From Cystobasidiomycetes sp. EMM_F5 (lineage: Eukaryota): a DNA stretch of 64,000 bases. The stretch is taken from the NCBI GenBank assembly GCA_051047955.1, contig JBPGPT010000007.1:496001-560000 (forward strand), read 5' to 3'. Shown here piece after piece: positions 12,301 through 26,215 of this stretch. A program made the translations under genes and the position numbers. Numbering within the stretch: position 1 is the first letter of the stretch; the number at the start of each line of letters is the position of its first letter. Below the pieces are notes generated by a model. It was not told the DNA's origin, ran no database searches, and saw nothing but the letters and a program-made list of their open reading frames with translations.

Positions 12301-14828
12301 CGCTCTGCCTCACCGACCCACTTGCTCAAAACGTCCGCACCTTTCCTCATAAAGAACGCTATATGCGATGTGCAGTCTAGTCAGTCGCCGTGCAATGGAG
12401 TAAGCAACCATGTACTGACAGATTTTTTGTCCTTCGCTTGAACAGCTGGCAGCCAACGCTCTTGCTAAGAGGGTCTTACCTGTCCCTGGAGGACCGTGGA
12501 ACAGGACACCACGAGGCGGAGTGACACCAAAGCGCTGAAATAATTCAGGGTACAGTAGAGGCAAGGCCACCATCTCCTTAAGCTGCTGTATGTGCGACTG
12601 GAGGCCTCCGACCTGGTCAAAAGATAGTGTGGTAGCAGGAAGCAGGGGATCAATATCGGCTAAGTCTGCAAAAGAGTATACTATTCAGCAAGACATCGCA
12701 GTATCGTTACTCGATCGCCCTTACTCGTGGCTCCTGAAATTTTGCCCAGATTATTCGAAGTGCTCGCACTGAACTCAAAACCGCTACCCGGCAGGGCAAA
12801 TGCTCCAGCGGCACCATTCCCTAGCAATCCTGTTCTCTTGGGTGTCATACCATTGTCGTCATCGCTATCACTGTCAGGCGGAGCTTCACCGAAGAGGCTG
12901 CCAAGCTGTTTCCCGGACATATTGAAAGGCAGGCGTTTGGGAGCGCCGTAAGTAGGCCTCTTCTTCTTCTTAACCTTCTCCGTATCGTTACCGCCTTCTT
13001 TCGGTAAAGGCTTTCCATTTGCATCGAGTCCGAACATAGCTGCTACATTGTAATTGACTTCCGATCTATTCCGCTTCGAATATCGCTCAGTGTCCTGGCT
13101 TTGCAGATTCTTCATAAGGTCATCTTCGCTTTCATCGTCGTTGAGGTCGGGCGAACCGTCGTCAGACGCAGATGACGAAGCGAATCGGGCATTTCTACTC
13201 GGCTCTGCATACTCGTCATCCTCGTCATCATCTTTTCTCCTCGACGACCGACGAGCACCGCGACTGCTTGCTCGCGTACTCTTCGATTTTGCGCGGTTCT
13301 TGTTTGCCAGAGCTTGCAACTTTCTTTGCCGCGTCAAACGGCCACCTCCACCGGGCTCATATTCCTCCTCCGGGTCTTCATGGTACTCGTCCTCTTCGTC
13401 GACGTCCACCTCGCCAGCGTATGTTTTAGCTGCTTTGCTTCGCGTCTTCTTTTTGAGGTTCAAGGAATCGTCCGTATCGTCTTCGCTGTCGACGACATGA
13501 CGGACAGTAGTCCTACGGCCGGAGCTGGTACGATATGATTCGGTCTTTGGTTCAGGCGGCGGGAGATAGGCTGATACCTGCGCTTGGGCATACATCTTGC
13601 CGTTCGGCGCATATTGCACATTTGTGATCATCGCTTGAGGAGGATGCGCAAGCGGATCTGCTGATCCATCGGCATCTTCGCCCTCGCCGTCTTCTTCGGA
13701 CTGTGGTACGCGAGTGGGTCGCCTTTGCTGAACTGGGTTGTGCGGGAAAAGGGTCTGCGCCAGTTGTTCGGCTGTCCCTGGATCGTCTGAATCGGGTATG
13801 GTATGAGGTGACTGTGCTTGGTGGGTAGAGTAGCTTGGCGATGTGATGTGTCCATTGGACGAAGGTTTGGGAGGAGGTATATTGAGGTACGGCAGCGGGG
13901 CACCGTTATGAACGTTTGCAAGGTTCCTGGCATAGTCGTTTGGTGGTTGCACATATAGACTTTGTTGGGGTATTTGCACCCTCGCGCTCTTTACACCCTC
14001 CATAGTGAACGAATTGTTAGCCGATACGACTTCAACAGAATCTGGATCTGTGCGATCGTGCCAGTCTCCATCTGGATCCTCGTCAGCGCGAGAAGGTCTA
14101 CGCCTCGCATTACTGGGCTTGGTACTGCCAGCGTTGATCCCATTTGCCTTCCCGCTAGACGACCGAGCCACTTTCTTGCCGCTTTTGCGACTGTTATTCG
14201 CTCGACCCGACTTGTTGACGCTACCATACTCTTCGTCGTCATCATCGACATAATCTTCCTCCTCCTCCTCTTCCTCGCCCTCTTCTTCGTAGTCTCCCTC
14301 CGCTTTTCCATTAGGATACCCTTTCGCATCCAAGTAGTCGCTATCGTCGCCGTTGAATTCAGCAAATTTCCCATAATCCACGTTGCTCGAGCTGGCTGTA
14401 GGATATTGCTGTTGTTGATGCGCGCTAAATGCAGGCGTTGCAGCAACGTTCCCCCGTCTTGTCGAATAAGCGGAGTTTTGCGCCGGTACAACCTGTACGG
14501 GTGCTTGTTGAGCATAATATTGCGCATACGGGTTGGTTGCGAGTGCTACAGGAGGCAGCCCAGTAAAAGCCCGGTTGATGATTGTCTCCTCGTTGTACGA
14601 CACTTCCTGCTTTGCAGCTCGTGCCGGTCTCCCGGAGGTCGTATACAAGGTCTCGTTATTGGTCATACTCGAAGCAGACCTCGTGCGAAGCATTGCGGGG
14701 TCGTGCCCAGAAGTCACTCCTGATCCATTGGCATACTGATCCGTATACTGCGGTGAGGCAGTGTCGGCTGTGGAAGCGTTACGACTCTTTCGAACATTGA
14801 GACGGACGACGTTGGAACGACCAGACAT
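9380..14828 (-). CDS. YTA7: Bromodomain-containing AAA+ ATPase histone chaperone (Yta7/ATAD2)
   Basis: Acidic N-terminus, Walker A GPPGTGKT, MRKGADVLSKWVGEAERQLRLLFEEA, FFDEIDGLAPVRSSKQDQIH, degenerate second AAA, bromo-like region; multi-exon. Confidence 0.95.
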
Positions 14829-16037
14829 TATGCAGCTCTGTTTTGCGTTTGTTGCTGTCTAATACGCGCCAGTGTTACCGAAATTCGGCGGACTCAGTCT
14901 GGCTTTCGACGAGGCTTTCTTGAAAACGCTAGGCAGAGTTCCAGAGCAATGACCGTGCAGAGAATCTTGGATCCGTGTACTGGCTTTGCGGAACTGCGCG
15001 TCGCCTGATGGGTTCGAAGGGCGCGTAAAGTCGTCAACCACGATCCGCTTGACGGGACTCTCTATGGAACTGGCCGTGGTGCCATCCAGCACACGTTTAG
15101 TTGTACACGCAAGCAGGAATCAGTGACCCAGCATCCGGTTTCCGAGCAGTTGACGCGGTGCCAGCCGTGATTGGATCGACTATCGCCTTGATGGCTTCAA
15201 CAGCTTTTATAACCAATACAACGCTTGTAATTGCGACAAGTGCATCGTGTCTGAATAGTCTGCAGCAGAGAATGAGTTACTGCGCGAGCTTCGTTGCCCT
15301 TGAGCTCCACCAGACCCCGATCAGCGACTTTGACATTTTCATTCAATTCTCGTTGCAGGTTTCCTCTTCTTCAACGCATAAAAATACAAACGGTCCATTC
15401 AAAAAGCACATCCACTACGAGACTGCGCGGTGCCCTTATGGGGCTCCTCTGCGCTTGGGCTGTCTGCAGTCACAATACCTGGTCAATGATCATTCGCGAT
15501 GCCGTCTTGGATTCGAAGAGGGAATACGTATGGGCGCAGTCGCAACCCTTTTGGGAGGAACGGCGGCGCTCGACGTGCACCTGCAGGGCTTGGGTGCGGT
15601 GGTCTCTTTGACGCGAGTGCTTACGTGGCTCCTCGTCGTCCCGTAGAGACTGGCGCAATGCTTTGCTGGATATTCATTCGGACTGAAAATTCAAATGCTG
15701 GATGGGCGTTTCAGCACTAGACATTATAAGTGTTCCCGTGTATTGATAGTCGCGCAGTAGTTGGGAATATCAGGCTTATTCTGCGTCGCCGGTGTCGATA
15801 AGAGGGCTTCTCGAATTGCGAGTTGCTTGACTGATTCCAACCAACCATGCTGTTCTGTGCTTGGAGTATTATGCGACTATGCCTGTCTTAGCTCCATCCT
15901 CGCTCCAAATATGCCTACTCGTTTGCCAATTACCTAGACCTTGTCGCCGTGTTGACGTCGAAACATCGCGTCAAGAAGTCGCATAAAGATAATTAACTAA
16001 ACTCCTCCAGACAGCTAGCCAGCAGCTTCGGCGTACA

Positions 16038-18412
16038 ATGTCTAGTCCTGATGTCTCGCACGAGATGGCCATCGATAGTGTCGCTACAGGAGAGATGAAC
16101 AGTCATCGAGCCAGGGATTCTTCAACCGTGTCTCAGCAGAGTCCTGCAAGCAGCAATGCACCCAAGACCTCAAAGCACACTTCCAAGGTCAAAGTTGCAG
16201 AGACTGAATTACGTTACCTCTTGGACAGCAATCTCAGCGATGTCAGCTTCAGTGGGTCTCGTAAGGCTGTAATGGCTGCAAGGGAGGAGGAGCGGAGAGC
16301 AAAGGAAGCAAAAGAGGCAGAGAGGCTGGCGATACAAGTGGCAGCACGTAAACAACGCCTAGCGGGAGCTATAGCCCAACGCACTCAGACCGTCAATAAG
16401 AAGAAAGAGGGGAACCTTACCTCTAAAGCTGGTGCTGATAGTGAACAAGTATCGCCAGGTGAGGCAGGCCCCGCTGAAAAGAAGGCAAAGCTAGCCAGCG
16501 GGAAAGGAAAGGGCAAATCGTCCACTTTGGCTGCAAGGGTCGAGACCACGCACGCCCTCTCCAGCGACACGCCGGGCACCTTAGAGGCCTTCAACACGGT
16601 CGATCCGACGACCGACGATTCAGCTTTTATCCCATATGCGTGGCACAAGAAGACAAAAGTCGGTCAAACTACGCTAGTATTCTAGCCGTAGTTGTGCTGA
16701 CATGCGATTTGTGCAGGCGCAAACGAAAGAGCAACCGCTTCTTGAGAAGACGCTGACAAACTCTGCTAGGCTCAATAGTGGTGCTGCCGTGAGCAAAGGC
16801 AAATCTGCCACAGCAAAGGGCGGCAGAGGCAGTAAAGGCGCAAAAGGAGGCAAGATTGCGAACGGGTCAGGCCGACAATCTCCGGCGCCATCGACAGCGG
16901 TAGATGCAAGTGGAGCACTCACCGCGGGAGATGTCACTGCTGGTACGGCCAGGGCCGTTGCGCAACTGCATACGCAAGCGCACGCGGCCGACAATGTAGA
17001 AGAGGAAGTAGATGACAGGCTCTACTGCATCGTGAGTCGATTCGCATACCGAGACTAATATATCTAATTGAAAGAACAATTATACAGTGCCAAACGCTAT
17101 ATGATCCCGATCGTTTGATGATAGCTTGCGATAGGTGAGCTGAGTGACTGCATGGTATTGTGTTTCATAGCCTGATTGTCATGAGCGTGCTAGATGTGAT
17201 AACTGGTATCATACAGAATGTCTGGGCATCGAAGAGAAGGCAGTCACGCTCATAGACCGCTTCTACTGTCCCTCATGTCAGGCAGGTCAGTCGATCTGCT
17301 CCATTCTCACCCATTCCCAGCTGAAGATTACCTCGTCTCTCAGAAACACACGAGAAGATCACATACAAGCCCAAATGTCGGCGCGAAGATTGTGTAGAAG
17401 CCGCTATTGCCCTCTCAAAATTCTGTAGCGACTGGTGCGGTCTGGCAGTTGCTGCGGGGAAGCTTGATTTGCACAAGAACGAATTTGATATCCCTCAACT
17501 GTATGACAAGATTCAGTACATCAAGAAGCCGGAAGCTGTGACGGTTGTACTGGACGGCTCCGAGTCTGCTGCGGGCAAAGACAATGAGAGCAGTGTCCCC
17601 GGTTTGCCGGATAACGCGCACGAGTTGGTCATGCTGGAAACCGCGCTGCAGAAGATAATCGACAGACGAAACAACGTCGAATCGGCCATCAAGCTGGCTT
17701 CCGATCGAATCGCCTACCTGCACATTGCACGACAGCGGTCTGACGCTGCTTGTCGTCGGCATGCATCTATGGCTCATGCAGGAGTGACAGTGTCGTCAAA
17801 GTCGAAGAAGTCTCGAAGTGCGGGCGCAGCAGCTCAGAACGCTGACGCGCCCTGTGGATTCGACGTACATCTCGTCTGGAACGATGCGCAATTCAAGGAG
17901 TTCTTGATCAATCCTATCGGTTGGCCAGCTATGCAGACGAAGATCTCGTCAGCTGCAGCTGATATAGGCGCAAACAACGACGACGATCCTGCCGTGTACG
18001 ATCGGTTGCTGGACCTGCAGGACGATGAAGAAGAGGCGGAAGAAGGTGTGCGATGTATGCTGCCCAGAAGGAAGTGTGATCGCCATAGCGGGTGGGCGAA
18101 ATTGCGAGAGGCAGATTTCGAGGCAGAGAGATCAGTACTGGTAAGTCGCTGGACTATGCATGTTCATCGTGCAGTCTCGCTGAAGACACGGTGCAAACTC
18201 GTTAGAACCGTCGTCTTGATGCTCTGACAGGTAATGAAAGGAGAACGCGACGTCGTATAGAGGACGCTCAGGAGCTACTGAGAAAGTCGGCTATGGCTGC
18301 CACAAAGAAACCTGGGGTCAACGCCGATTTGCACCATGATGCTGATGGGATGCAGGTGGACGAGTCCATCGAGGTCAACATTGTAGATCTAGGCACGTTG
18401 ACACAGACATAA
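16038..18412 (+). CDS. SPP1: COMPASS PHD-finger subunit Spp1/Cfp1
   Basis: Spliced PHD finger LYCICQTLYD..MIACDRCDNWYHTEC..FYCPSC, then SKFCSDWCG and C-terminal C..RRKCDRHSGW. Confidence 0.85.
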
Positions 18413-18497
18413 AAAGCGGATTATCTCAATCACATCCTGTCTCAAGGAACTGGCTTGATCATTTCATGTTTCGCATCGGCATACACGGACGTCTACA

Positions 18498-19692
18498 TCA
18501 CAGGTCTGCAACAGTCTCTGATACACTCTGCTCGAGCGGGATCCACTCAGACTGGCCGAACCTTGCCTTTAAGATCGCTAGTGCAGGACCGTTGTCTACT
18601 GTCGACAGATCCTGCTTGCCGTCATCCAAATTGTCTGGATAATCCTTGAAGTCTGGCTTGGTCTTGCGCAGGTGGTCCAGAATGGTGTCCCAGTGGTAGG
18701 GTGTAGCGTAAGCGAAAACCCGTTGCCCGGAGATGCTGGGATCCGTAGCGACCGCTGCATGCAGTCGCGCTGTGTCACGAACATTTACAAAGTATTCTGC
18801 GTGGCAAAACGAGTAAGTGCCACACATGGCTTCATATGGTATTACCTACTCACGAGGAGGAAAGTTCTTAACAGTATCAAATTTGCCTGCATAGATACTC
18901 CTGATCCAACCTGCCGTTGATGCTGACTGATGTTTGGGCTCGATGACCGGGCCAAAATTGGCATTGGGCAGAATGGCGTTTGCGGAAAATGATGGCTTGG
19001 CAGTCTTGACGAAATCCCAAAGCGCTTGTTCGCCTTGAGCCTTGGAAGCACCATAGACTGCCCATGCTCGGCTCTGCTCGTATGGAGCAGGAGCCCAGGC
19101 AGCCTTTATATCAGCCTCATTCCAGAGCGAGGCATCGACATGGAATTTCTCGTTTGGTCGGGCGGCAGACGCAGCGGTCGATGAGGATGTCAGGACAAAC
19201 GTCTTGACTGTCGGCGTGTTGGCGGCGGACGTCAAAGCGGATTTGACGGATGCCAGTACTGGAGTAATGATGTCGTTTGGATTTGGGCTGAATGACAAGT
19301 CGCTGGCTGCGTGGACGAAGCTGGAAGCGCCTATTGGGAGAGAACAAACTTTGTCAAAGTCTTGCGGGTCGATCGCCCCATCAGACAATCTCACCTTGCA
19401 GAGCGTCATCAAATGCTCCGTCCTTGCTGATGTCTGGCACTTGGACTCGCTCAAAGCGACCCTTGCCGTATTTTCCATCAAACAGCTCCTGTAGCCATGC
19501 TGTCTTCTCGAGGTCTCGAACGGTTCCTCGGACTCTGTAGCCCAGTTCTAGGAGGATGTCGACGATGTGGGATGCGATGAAGCCATTTGCACCCGAGATG
19601 ACAATCTGTAGGATCTGTCAGCATTTTCCCGTCGTATAGTACGAGCTCAGACAGACGAGCGAGTCTTTGGGAAGGTAGCTAGACGAGGACAT
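18498..19692 (-). CDS. NAD(P)H-dependent aldehyde reductase (extended SDR, Gre2/ARII-like)
   Basis: ISGANGFIASHIV Rossmann motif, FVLTSS, YGASK catalytic motif, FVNVRDTARLH. Confidence 0.9.
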
Positions 19693-19900
19693 TGTTTAGA
19701 GCTTGGATTTCTTTAGGGAGTGGGTTGTAGGAAGGAAAGAAACGAGAAAAGATTCAGTTTCTCCGCCTTTTATGGCGTTTGCGCGAATCCTCAGTCAGCA
19801 CGCCCGGGACGCGGGTCTTGCTCAGCTCGACCAAGGATTACACCATTGGATTGTTAACTATTACTGGATTGAGTTGGCGTGCTCCGAGGCAGGCTGAGCC

Positions 19901-21163
19901 ATGCAGGGCTTCAACCGGTCAGTCTGGCCGAGTAGTCGCAATATCGGCGTCATCCTGGCTGAGGATATCGATATTTCAGCTACTTTCCAGCAGACTTTGA
20001 CTGGCGCGACTCGAAGCGGGACAGCCTCAACAAGGTAGCTGGCAAGCAGTGAGTTGGGGGGATAACGAGCTGGGCGTTGTGTTTGGGAGTAACTATTGAC
20101 TGAAACTGCGATGAAACAGTGCACTCGGCGACAGAGCACGCAAGCTCGACAAGGGCATACTCATAACGCGCTTCGAGCTGCCGTTCAAGTGTGTGCGCGT
20201 CTACTTTGATGCGCAACCCCGCCATCCTGACACCGTCTCATCAGCATATGGTGTCTGAACTGCCCCGGCAAAGGAAACCACATTGGCGCAGGAGTACGCT
20301 ACAATGCCGAAAAGATCAAGCGTGGCATGTACTACACTACGCCCATCTGGGGATTCCGATGCAAATGCCATCTCTGCGCCGGGTGGTTTGAGATACAGAC
20401 CGATCCCAAAAATGCACGCTACGTAGTCGTCGAAGGCGCAAAGCAGCAGGCTCAGGATTTCGACGCAGAGGACGGAGGACACCTCGTCGGCTACACTGGC
20501 GAAGGCGAAAGAGCAGCCGCCGAGGGCGATGCATTCGCATCGTTCGAAAAAGCATCGACGTCAAAGAAGCGCGCATTGACAGACACGGAGCGCTTAAACG
20601 CCATGGAAGACTACAATGAGGAAAAGTGGTCGGATCCATACTCGCTAAACAGAAATCTGCGGAAAGCGCTTCGCGAAGACAAGGGGAAAAGGAAAGAAAA
20701 GATTGCTGCAGACGCCTCACTTGCCGAGAAATACTCGCTGGGCGACCAGATCCGCTTGGATGTGGTCAGGAGTGAGGAGGAACAGCGAGAGGACGCCGAC
20801 AGCAGGGCAGCGTGGCTAAGCACAGCGGAAAAAGCAGAAACAAAGCAGGATCGAGAGGATGCTGACCTATGGCAGTTGGAGGTATCGAAGCGACGACGCA
20901 TTGAGCCGCCACGAACGGAGACAGCCAGCGTTCCGCGATCTGCCGAACAATCCGATATGCCATCGAGTCGTCAACTCATTCAACGTCCGCCCTCTACTCC
21001 GAAACTTGTACCATCAGCATCATCATCGGCTGCTGCCAAACTAACGCAACAGCTCAAGCTCAATGCGGCCGCCAAGAGGGATCCTTTTGCGACAGCTTTC
21101 TCTGGCGGATTCACAAGTGCATCGGGCGCCTTTGGAAATCTGGTCAAGGCGAAGCGGGCGTGA
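19901..21163 (+). CDS. CCDC130: Splicing factor CCDC130/Saf4 (Yju2/CWC16 family)
   Basis: MQGFN start; RFELPF..IWC..C..HIGAGVRYNAEK..YYTTPIWGFRCKCHLC..FEIQTDPKN. Confidence 0.9.
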
Positions 21164-21307
21164 TGTGTAGTGTATTTTCCTAAAGCAGGCGAGACACCAG
21201 CAGTGTCCTGTAGCATAAACTCAATACCGCAGAGCAGTCGTAGTCGAAGTGGCAGTCGACACCATTTTGACCCCATATCGTTGTATACAGCTAGAGCATC
21301 CCATAAT

Positions 21308-22751
21308 CTAGTAGAACACTGTGCCAGGTTCAGAGAGCCTGGGTAGATCTCGCAATGGCCCATCCTTTGCTTTTGCCCATAAATATCCATCACTAAACTC
21401 CCATCAAGCAATTACACATTTAGCCAAGCTCTGTTTCCAACGTAGTCTCAGCCTGACTTACATGTCTATGACCGTGATCTTCTTTAGCCATTCTTTTCCA
21501 GTCGCTTCTGCGACTTCCGGAATGAGTTCTACAACCCGTTCGCATGCAGCTAGAGTGGCAGCACGTATCGCGAATGCTTCTTCTGCCGTCTGCGTCAAGC
21601 CTTGCACCTTCTTGCCAGCAACAGCCTCGCCGAGACCATTTGCATACAGCGGGTAGACGCATTTTGACAAGTCGATGTATCTGAAGTAGACGGCCATGGC
21701 TGCAGATGAAGAGGCGAATGTCAGGACAGTCACGTCATTATGATTTACAGAGGAATGACGTACTCGGAAGGACATTGTCCACACATGCAGGTATACCCTC
21801 TTTAGACGGCAACGGGAATGACAGTGTGTCTACGCGATCTTCGAATGCCTTTGCGATAATGAATGCCAATAATTGGGCTTTTTTGTAAACTTTGACGGTA
21901 TGACCTTTGACTGAGCCGTGATCCGCAAAAGCTGGGAAGGTTTCAACTAGCTGCGACGTACTTGTCAGATAAAGTATTACAACTGCATGAGGAGTGACCT
22001 ACCTTTGATACAAGGTAATTACACCTCGCAACGGGAGTATCGTCCTTTGCGTCTTGCAAGGTTCCGGCAACCCAATCTCCAAGATCACTCGCTTTCGCTT
22101 CTAGTAGTATCTTTCCCGTCTCGTTGACTACTTTGAGAACAAGCCCGACAATCTCTACAGCGTCTTTGTCTCGTTCTCCTACCCGCACGCCAGGTAAGGT
22201 GGGATGATTCTTCTCCGTCATCATCGGTACTCCCAGAAGTTCTGCGACCTGGCTTTCCGTCATGCTCGCCATGCCTTTGGCCGAGAGAGGAGAGGCATGC
22301 CCACTGGGAGACTGTTGGAGATAGCAATTTAGGACGAACCGCCTTATTGTGTCGAAAGCTCCGGAGCCAGTCAGCCTATGCAATGCTATCCGGTAAGCGG
22401 AGAGGTAGTTGAGAATAGTCAGGACACTAGAGTTGGAGTAGGCGTATTTAAAGATTCGTTAGCTATATAATGGCTGGACCTCCAACCAGCTTCCTATGCG
22501 TACGATAGGAAGTTGAGTTCGTCGAGGTCATTCTGAAACTTTAGCGGAAACCGATAGCCGTGCTCTTGACAGAACTTGTCAAACTCTGCTTCGTCGAGAT
22601 TGCGCAGGAAAGCTCGCAGCCCATCTTCGTCGAGCTGGGTGTTTTCCAAGTCAGTATGCGATACAAGCTGTTTATGATTCAGACTGACCGATATGCCGGA
22701 ATACTCCAGAGAGGCCAGACAGCTGGACTTGACTTCGTCAATGATGCCCAT
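21308..22751 (-). CDS. Divergent queuosine-salvage (DUF2419/Qng1-like) family protein
   Basis: FPAFAD..G..V.VYKKAQLL, VDNVLP, IRAATLAACE, DGYLW, C-terminal TVFY; multi-exon. Confidence 0.6.
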
Positions 22752-22911
22752 GGCGGCCTTAAGCGTCGAGTCGAAACAAGGCAAAAGCCAAGATGCAATT
22801 GAATTGTTCAAGATGGTTACTTTGTGGTCAAACTCCCGCCAACTAACCTGACTTCGACATTAGCGCGTCAAAGCTGTCCCTACCCTCTCTGAGAGACCCA
22901 TTCTGCTCTGC

Positions 22912-24798
22912 ATGAGCCTCCAAGTCCTTCGTAATCCACCCGCTCTTCGCTGCATATTCACTGCCATGTCTGGGGATTTGAACATACGTCGCAAAAGACG
23001 GCGCAATCCCGCTCAGCCCGGCCCATCCAAGCGAGCCATCGCATCTACAAGCAACGGCCTAAACGATTTATCGCTTCCCTCTGTATCGGGCAGCGTTGTT
23101 ACGCCTAAATCGAATAATGCGTCATTACAGTCGCGAAATTTTACGTCGAGCTCGGTGCAGAGCGAAACACTACGAGCACATCTGTCTGATACGCGGTTCA
23201 GCAGCTTCGTACAGCAGGGGCTACTGAATAGTTCCATCAATCTACCCTTTGACACTTGCACGGATGTGCAGGCAAAGACGCTGCCCACCATCCTGAATGG
23301 TGGCGATGTGTTGGCTCAAGCGAAAACCGGTACCGGGAAAACACTGGCTTTTCTGATACCCACGATACAGCGTCTGCTGTTGTCGAAGCGAAGTCGTCCA
23401 GTAGGCAACGTCGGCGCTCTTATACTGTCGCCGACACGAGAACTTGCTGCGCAAATAGCTGAAGCCGCCAAACCCCTGCTTCGCGATATTCCCAATATGG
23501 AGGTCCAAATCAGTACAGGAGGCAACAATGTCAATACGGAGTTACGTTCTCTACGTTCGAAACGATGCGATATATTAGTAGCGACTCCCGGCCGTCTCCT
23601 GGATCACCTGAAAAACAACGGCTTTGCCGCCAATCTGCAAGGGTTACAAGCACTGGTGCTAGACGAAGCAGACCGTCTCTTGGATGCGGGATTTAAGAAT
23701 GACATCATTGCGATATCCAAGCTGCTCCCAGACAGGTCGTCTTCGCCTAGGCAGTCCCTACTGTTCTCTGCCACGATTTCCAAGGATGTGAAGGACGTAG
23801 CCTCAGCAGTTTTGAGCACCGAACACACTTTTGTTTCTACTCTACTTCCTGGTGAAGCCAATGTGCACGAGCATGTTCCGCAATTTGTGGTTACTGCTCC
23901 TCTTGCCGACTCCATCACAGCAACGGTGGCCGTCATACGACAAGAGATTACAGCTACGCAGGCCGCAAAGATCATGCTGTTTCTACCTACTGCTAGGTCT
24001 ACGGGTATTTTCTATGCGGCACTAGAGAAACTCCAGTCGGATGTGTTGAACGGCATTCCCGTTCTGCAAATCCACTCGCGCATGTCACAATCCGCCCGGA
24101 CCAAGGCAGCGGATCAATTCAAGGATCTAAAGTCAGCCATACTCGTATCGTCTGATGTCACTGCTCGTGGAATGGACTTTCCAAACGTTACTCATGTCCT
24201 GCAGTGTGGCATTCCGCAAAATCCGGAGCAATACATTCATCGCCTAGGCAGGACGGCTCGTGCCGGTCAGACAGGGCGTGGCATTATTATTCTCACACCC
24301 GACGAAATGGTTTTTCTTCGGCATAAAGAAATCGCTGCATTGTCAATCAAGCCTATGGAGATTGATGCCGCAGCTTTTGCAGCTATTGCAGGTGCAGTCG
24401 ATGCAAGCCTCGATGCTGTTTCAACTTCTTTGAAGGCATCTGCTTACGCCGCATGGCTCGGGTGCGTTTTCATCAAGTGTCACCGTTGTTCTCAGCTGAG
24501 CCTGCTGTTTCGACAGATACTACAAGGGATTCTGCAAGCCATTCAGCTGGACGGTTCCTACTCTGATTGAGAATGGTCGTCTGTTTGCATTGCAGACGTG
24601 CAGATATCGAGGCTCATCGCCTGGTGAACTCCCGCCTGTATGGCAAATCTGTTGTTTTCGGGCAGATATGAATGCTGACTGGTGTCCTGCTTTCAGTTGT
24701 TGGCGAAGACAGTAGGCATGATGGGTCTACGAGCATACCGCAGCTCTTTCAACATAGTCGCGCACTTGCCGGATCGCGATGGCTCCGATGGAAAGTGA
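22912..24798 (+). CDS. DEAD-box RNA helicase, Mss116/Has1-like
   Basis: AKTGTGKT, PTRELA, TPGRL, DEAD, SAT, ARGMD, HRLGRTAR motifs; two 3' introns. Confidence 0.9.
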
Positions 24799-24947
24799 TG
24801 AACGAGGATTCAGGTGCAGATTTACACACTGCTAAGCGGTGGTAGGCAGAAATTGGACGCGCTCAGTCTTGTACAGTACGAGTGCACTTCCGTTGAAGTG
24901 GTCTGGTACGAGACTAGCTCAAAAGTTCTGAGCTCAAAGCTTTTGCT

Positions 24948-26062
24948 TCACGTCCTATGCCCGACTCGTTCGTAGCCTACTTCGATAGGACCCATAGGCT
25001 TCGTCGATACATAGGGTACCGCTATGAGAGGCGTGACTGGTCTCTGCGACTGCTCTATTTTTGTCTTACCACCAGCCTCACTTTTCAGATGTCGACCACC
25101 CGCATCATCCGGCATATCGAACACCTCCCGTGCATCCTCGTCGCTCGTCGGCGGATCAAGCCAGCCTTCGGGAACCAGACATGGCAAGCTCTGTCCCACC
25201 CAGGCAGCACGATTCAGCCAGCCCGGTGCCGTCTTTCCAGTCAATCGCCGTACTAGCTCGGCTGTGAAGTCGTTGCAGTTGTGTGTAAGAAGATTGTACC
25301 GCACAGCACGCCATTCCGGCTCCTCCTTCATGCTGTCGATGAGTGCAACGACTCGCTCGAGGAGTGTTTGTCGCGGTAGCATAACATTCTGCAGAGATGC
25401 ATTGGCATCTGCCGTGGTGTTTGAGCTATTCCCCGCGCGACTGTAACGCCCCCATTCATCCAGACACTCCAGACCTTTTGGCTGTGTATCAATGTCGTCG
25501 AGAAAATGCGTCGGGGATAGGTCATCGTCTTGATATGCTGAAGCCAAGTGAGCAGTTGACGCGGACGAGGATAGCAGGGGCAGATGTGATACGGAGCCAC
25601 CGCTCTGAGACCGCTTCAGCTTTCTCGGTGTTCGTCTCGGAACAGAAGGGAGGTCTGCGGGGACTGAGGGTGTTAGTTTGATGCTGGGGAAGGGTTATCG
25701 AAACATGACCGACGTTTATCGTGCAGAGTAGACGACGGTGTGGAATGTAATAGAGCACATCCCATTGGTATCCGCTGTAGGAATCGACATCCTGGCATGT
25801 ATCGCTCGACTCGCCGGCCATTGTCGGGAGATGGGAGACTGAAAACGCCAGACTTTGCGGCCATCCTGCGGCGTTGTGATATCGACAAATGGGACGACGT
25901 CGACGGTGCTACACCTCCGTACGCATACTCGACGGCCATTTCCGATATTCGAACGGATGTATGGTACAGCCCTACGCCAGCATAATAGGCCACCGTACTC
26001 AGCCTCCCCGGCGGTAAGAGGTCATACACTGCAATCTCGACATGGACAGTGTCCGCGTCCAT
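24948..26062 (-). CDS. PPPDE/DeSI (DUF862) isopeptidase
   Basis: GLYHTSV..EYAYGG (catalytic His) and YNLLTHNCNDFT (catalytic Cys). Confidence 0.85.
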
Positions 26063-26215
26063 CGTATCATCCGAGTGCTCGCATCGTTGGTTGGCCGATA
26101 TTCAAGCCATGTTTTGTGACGCGTTTGTGGCTTGTTTACGCGACAAAGACTGATATTATTATAATGTGCTCTTTACGGACAACTGATTCTAATAAGTCAC
26201 TGCAAACATCACAAC

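Noticed and set aside
13054..14723. Long antisense ORFs over YTA7 (and similarly over MPP10, SSC1)
   Set aside because: Shadow frames of low-complexity or codon-biased coding sequence
15101..15720. Possible small gene between YTA7 and SPP1
   Set aside because: Several open frames and splice-like signals, but no coherent model or recognisable product
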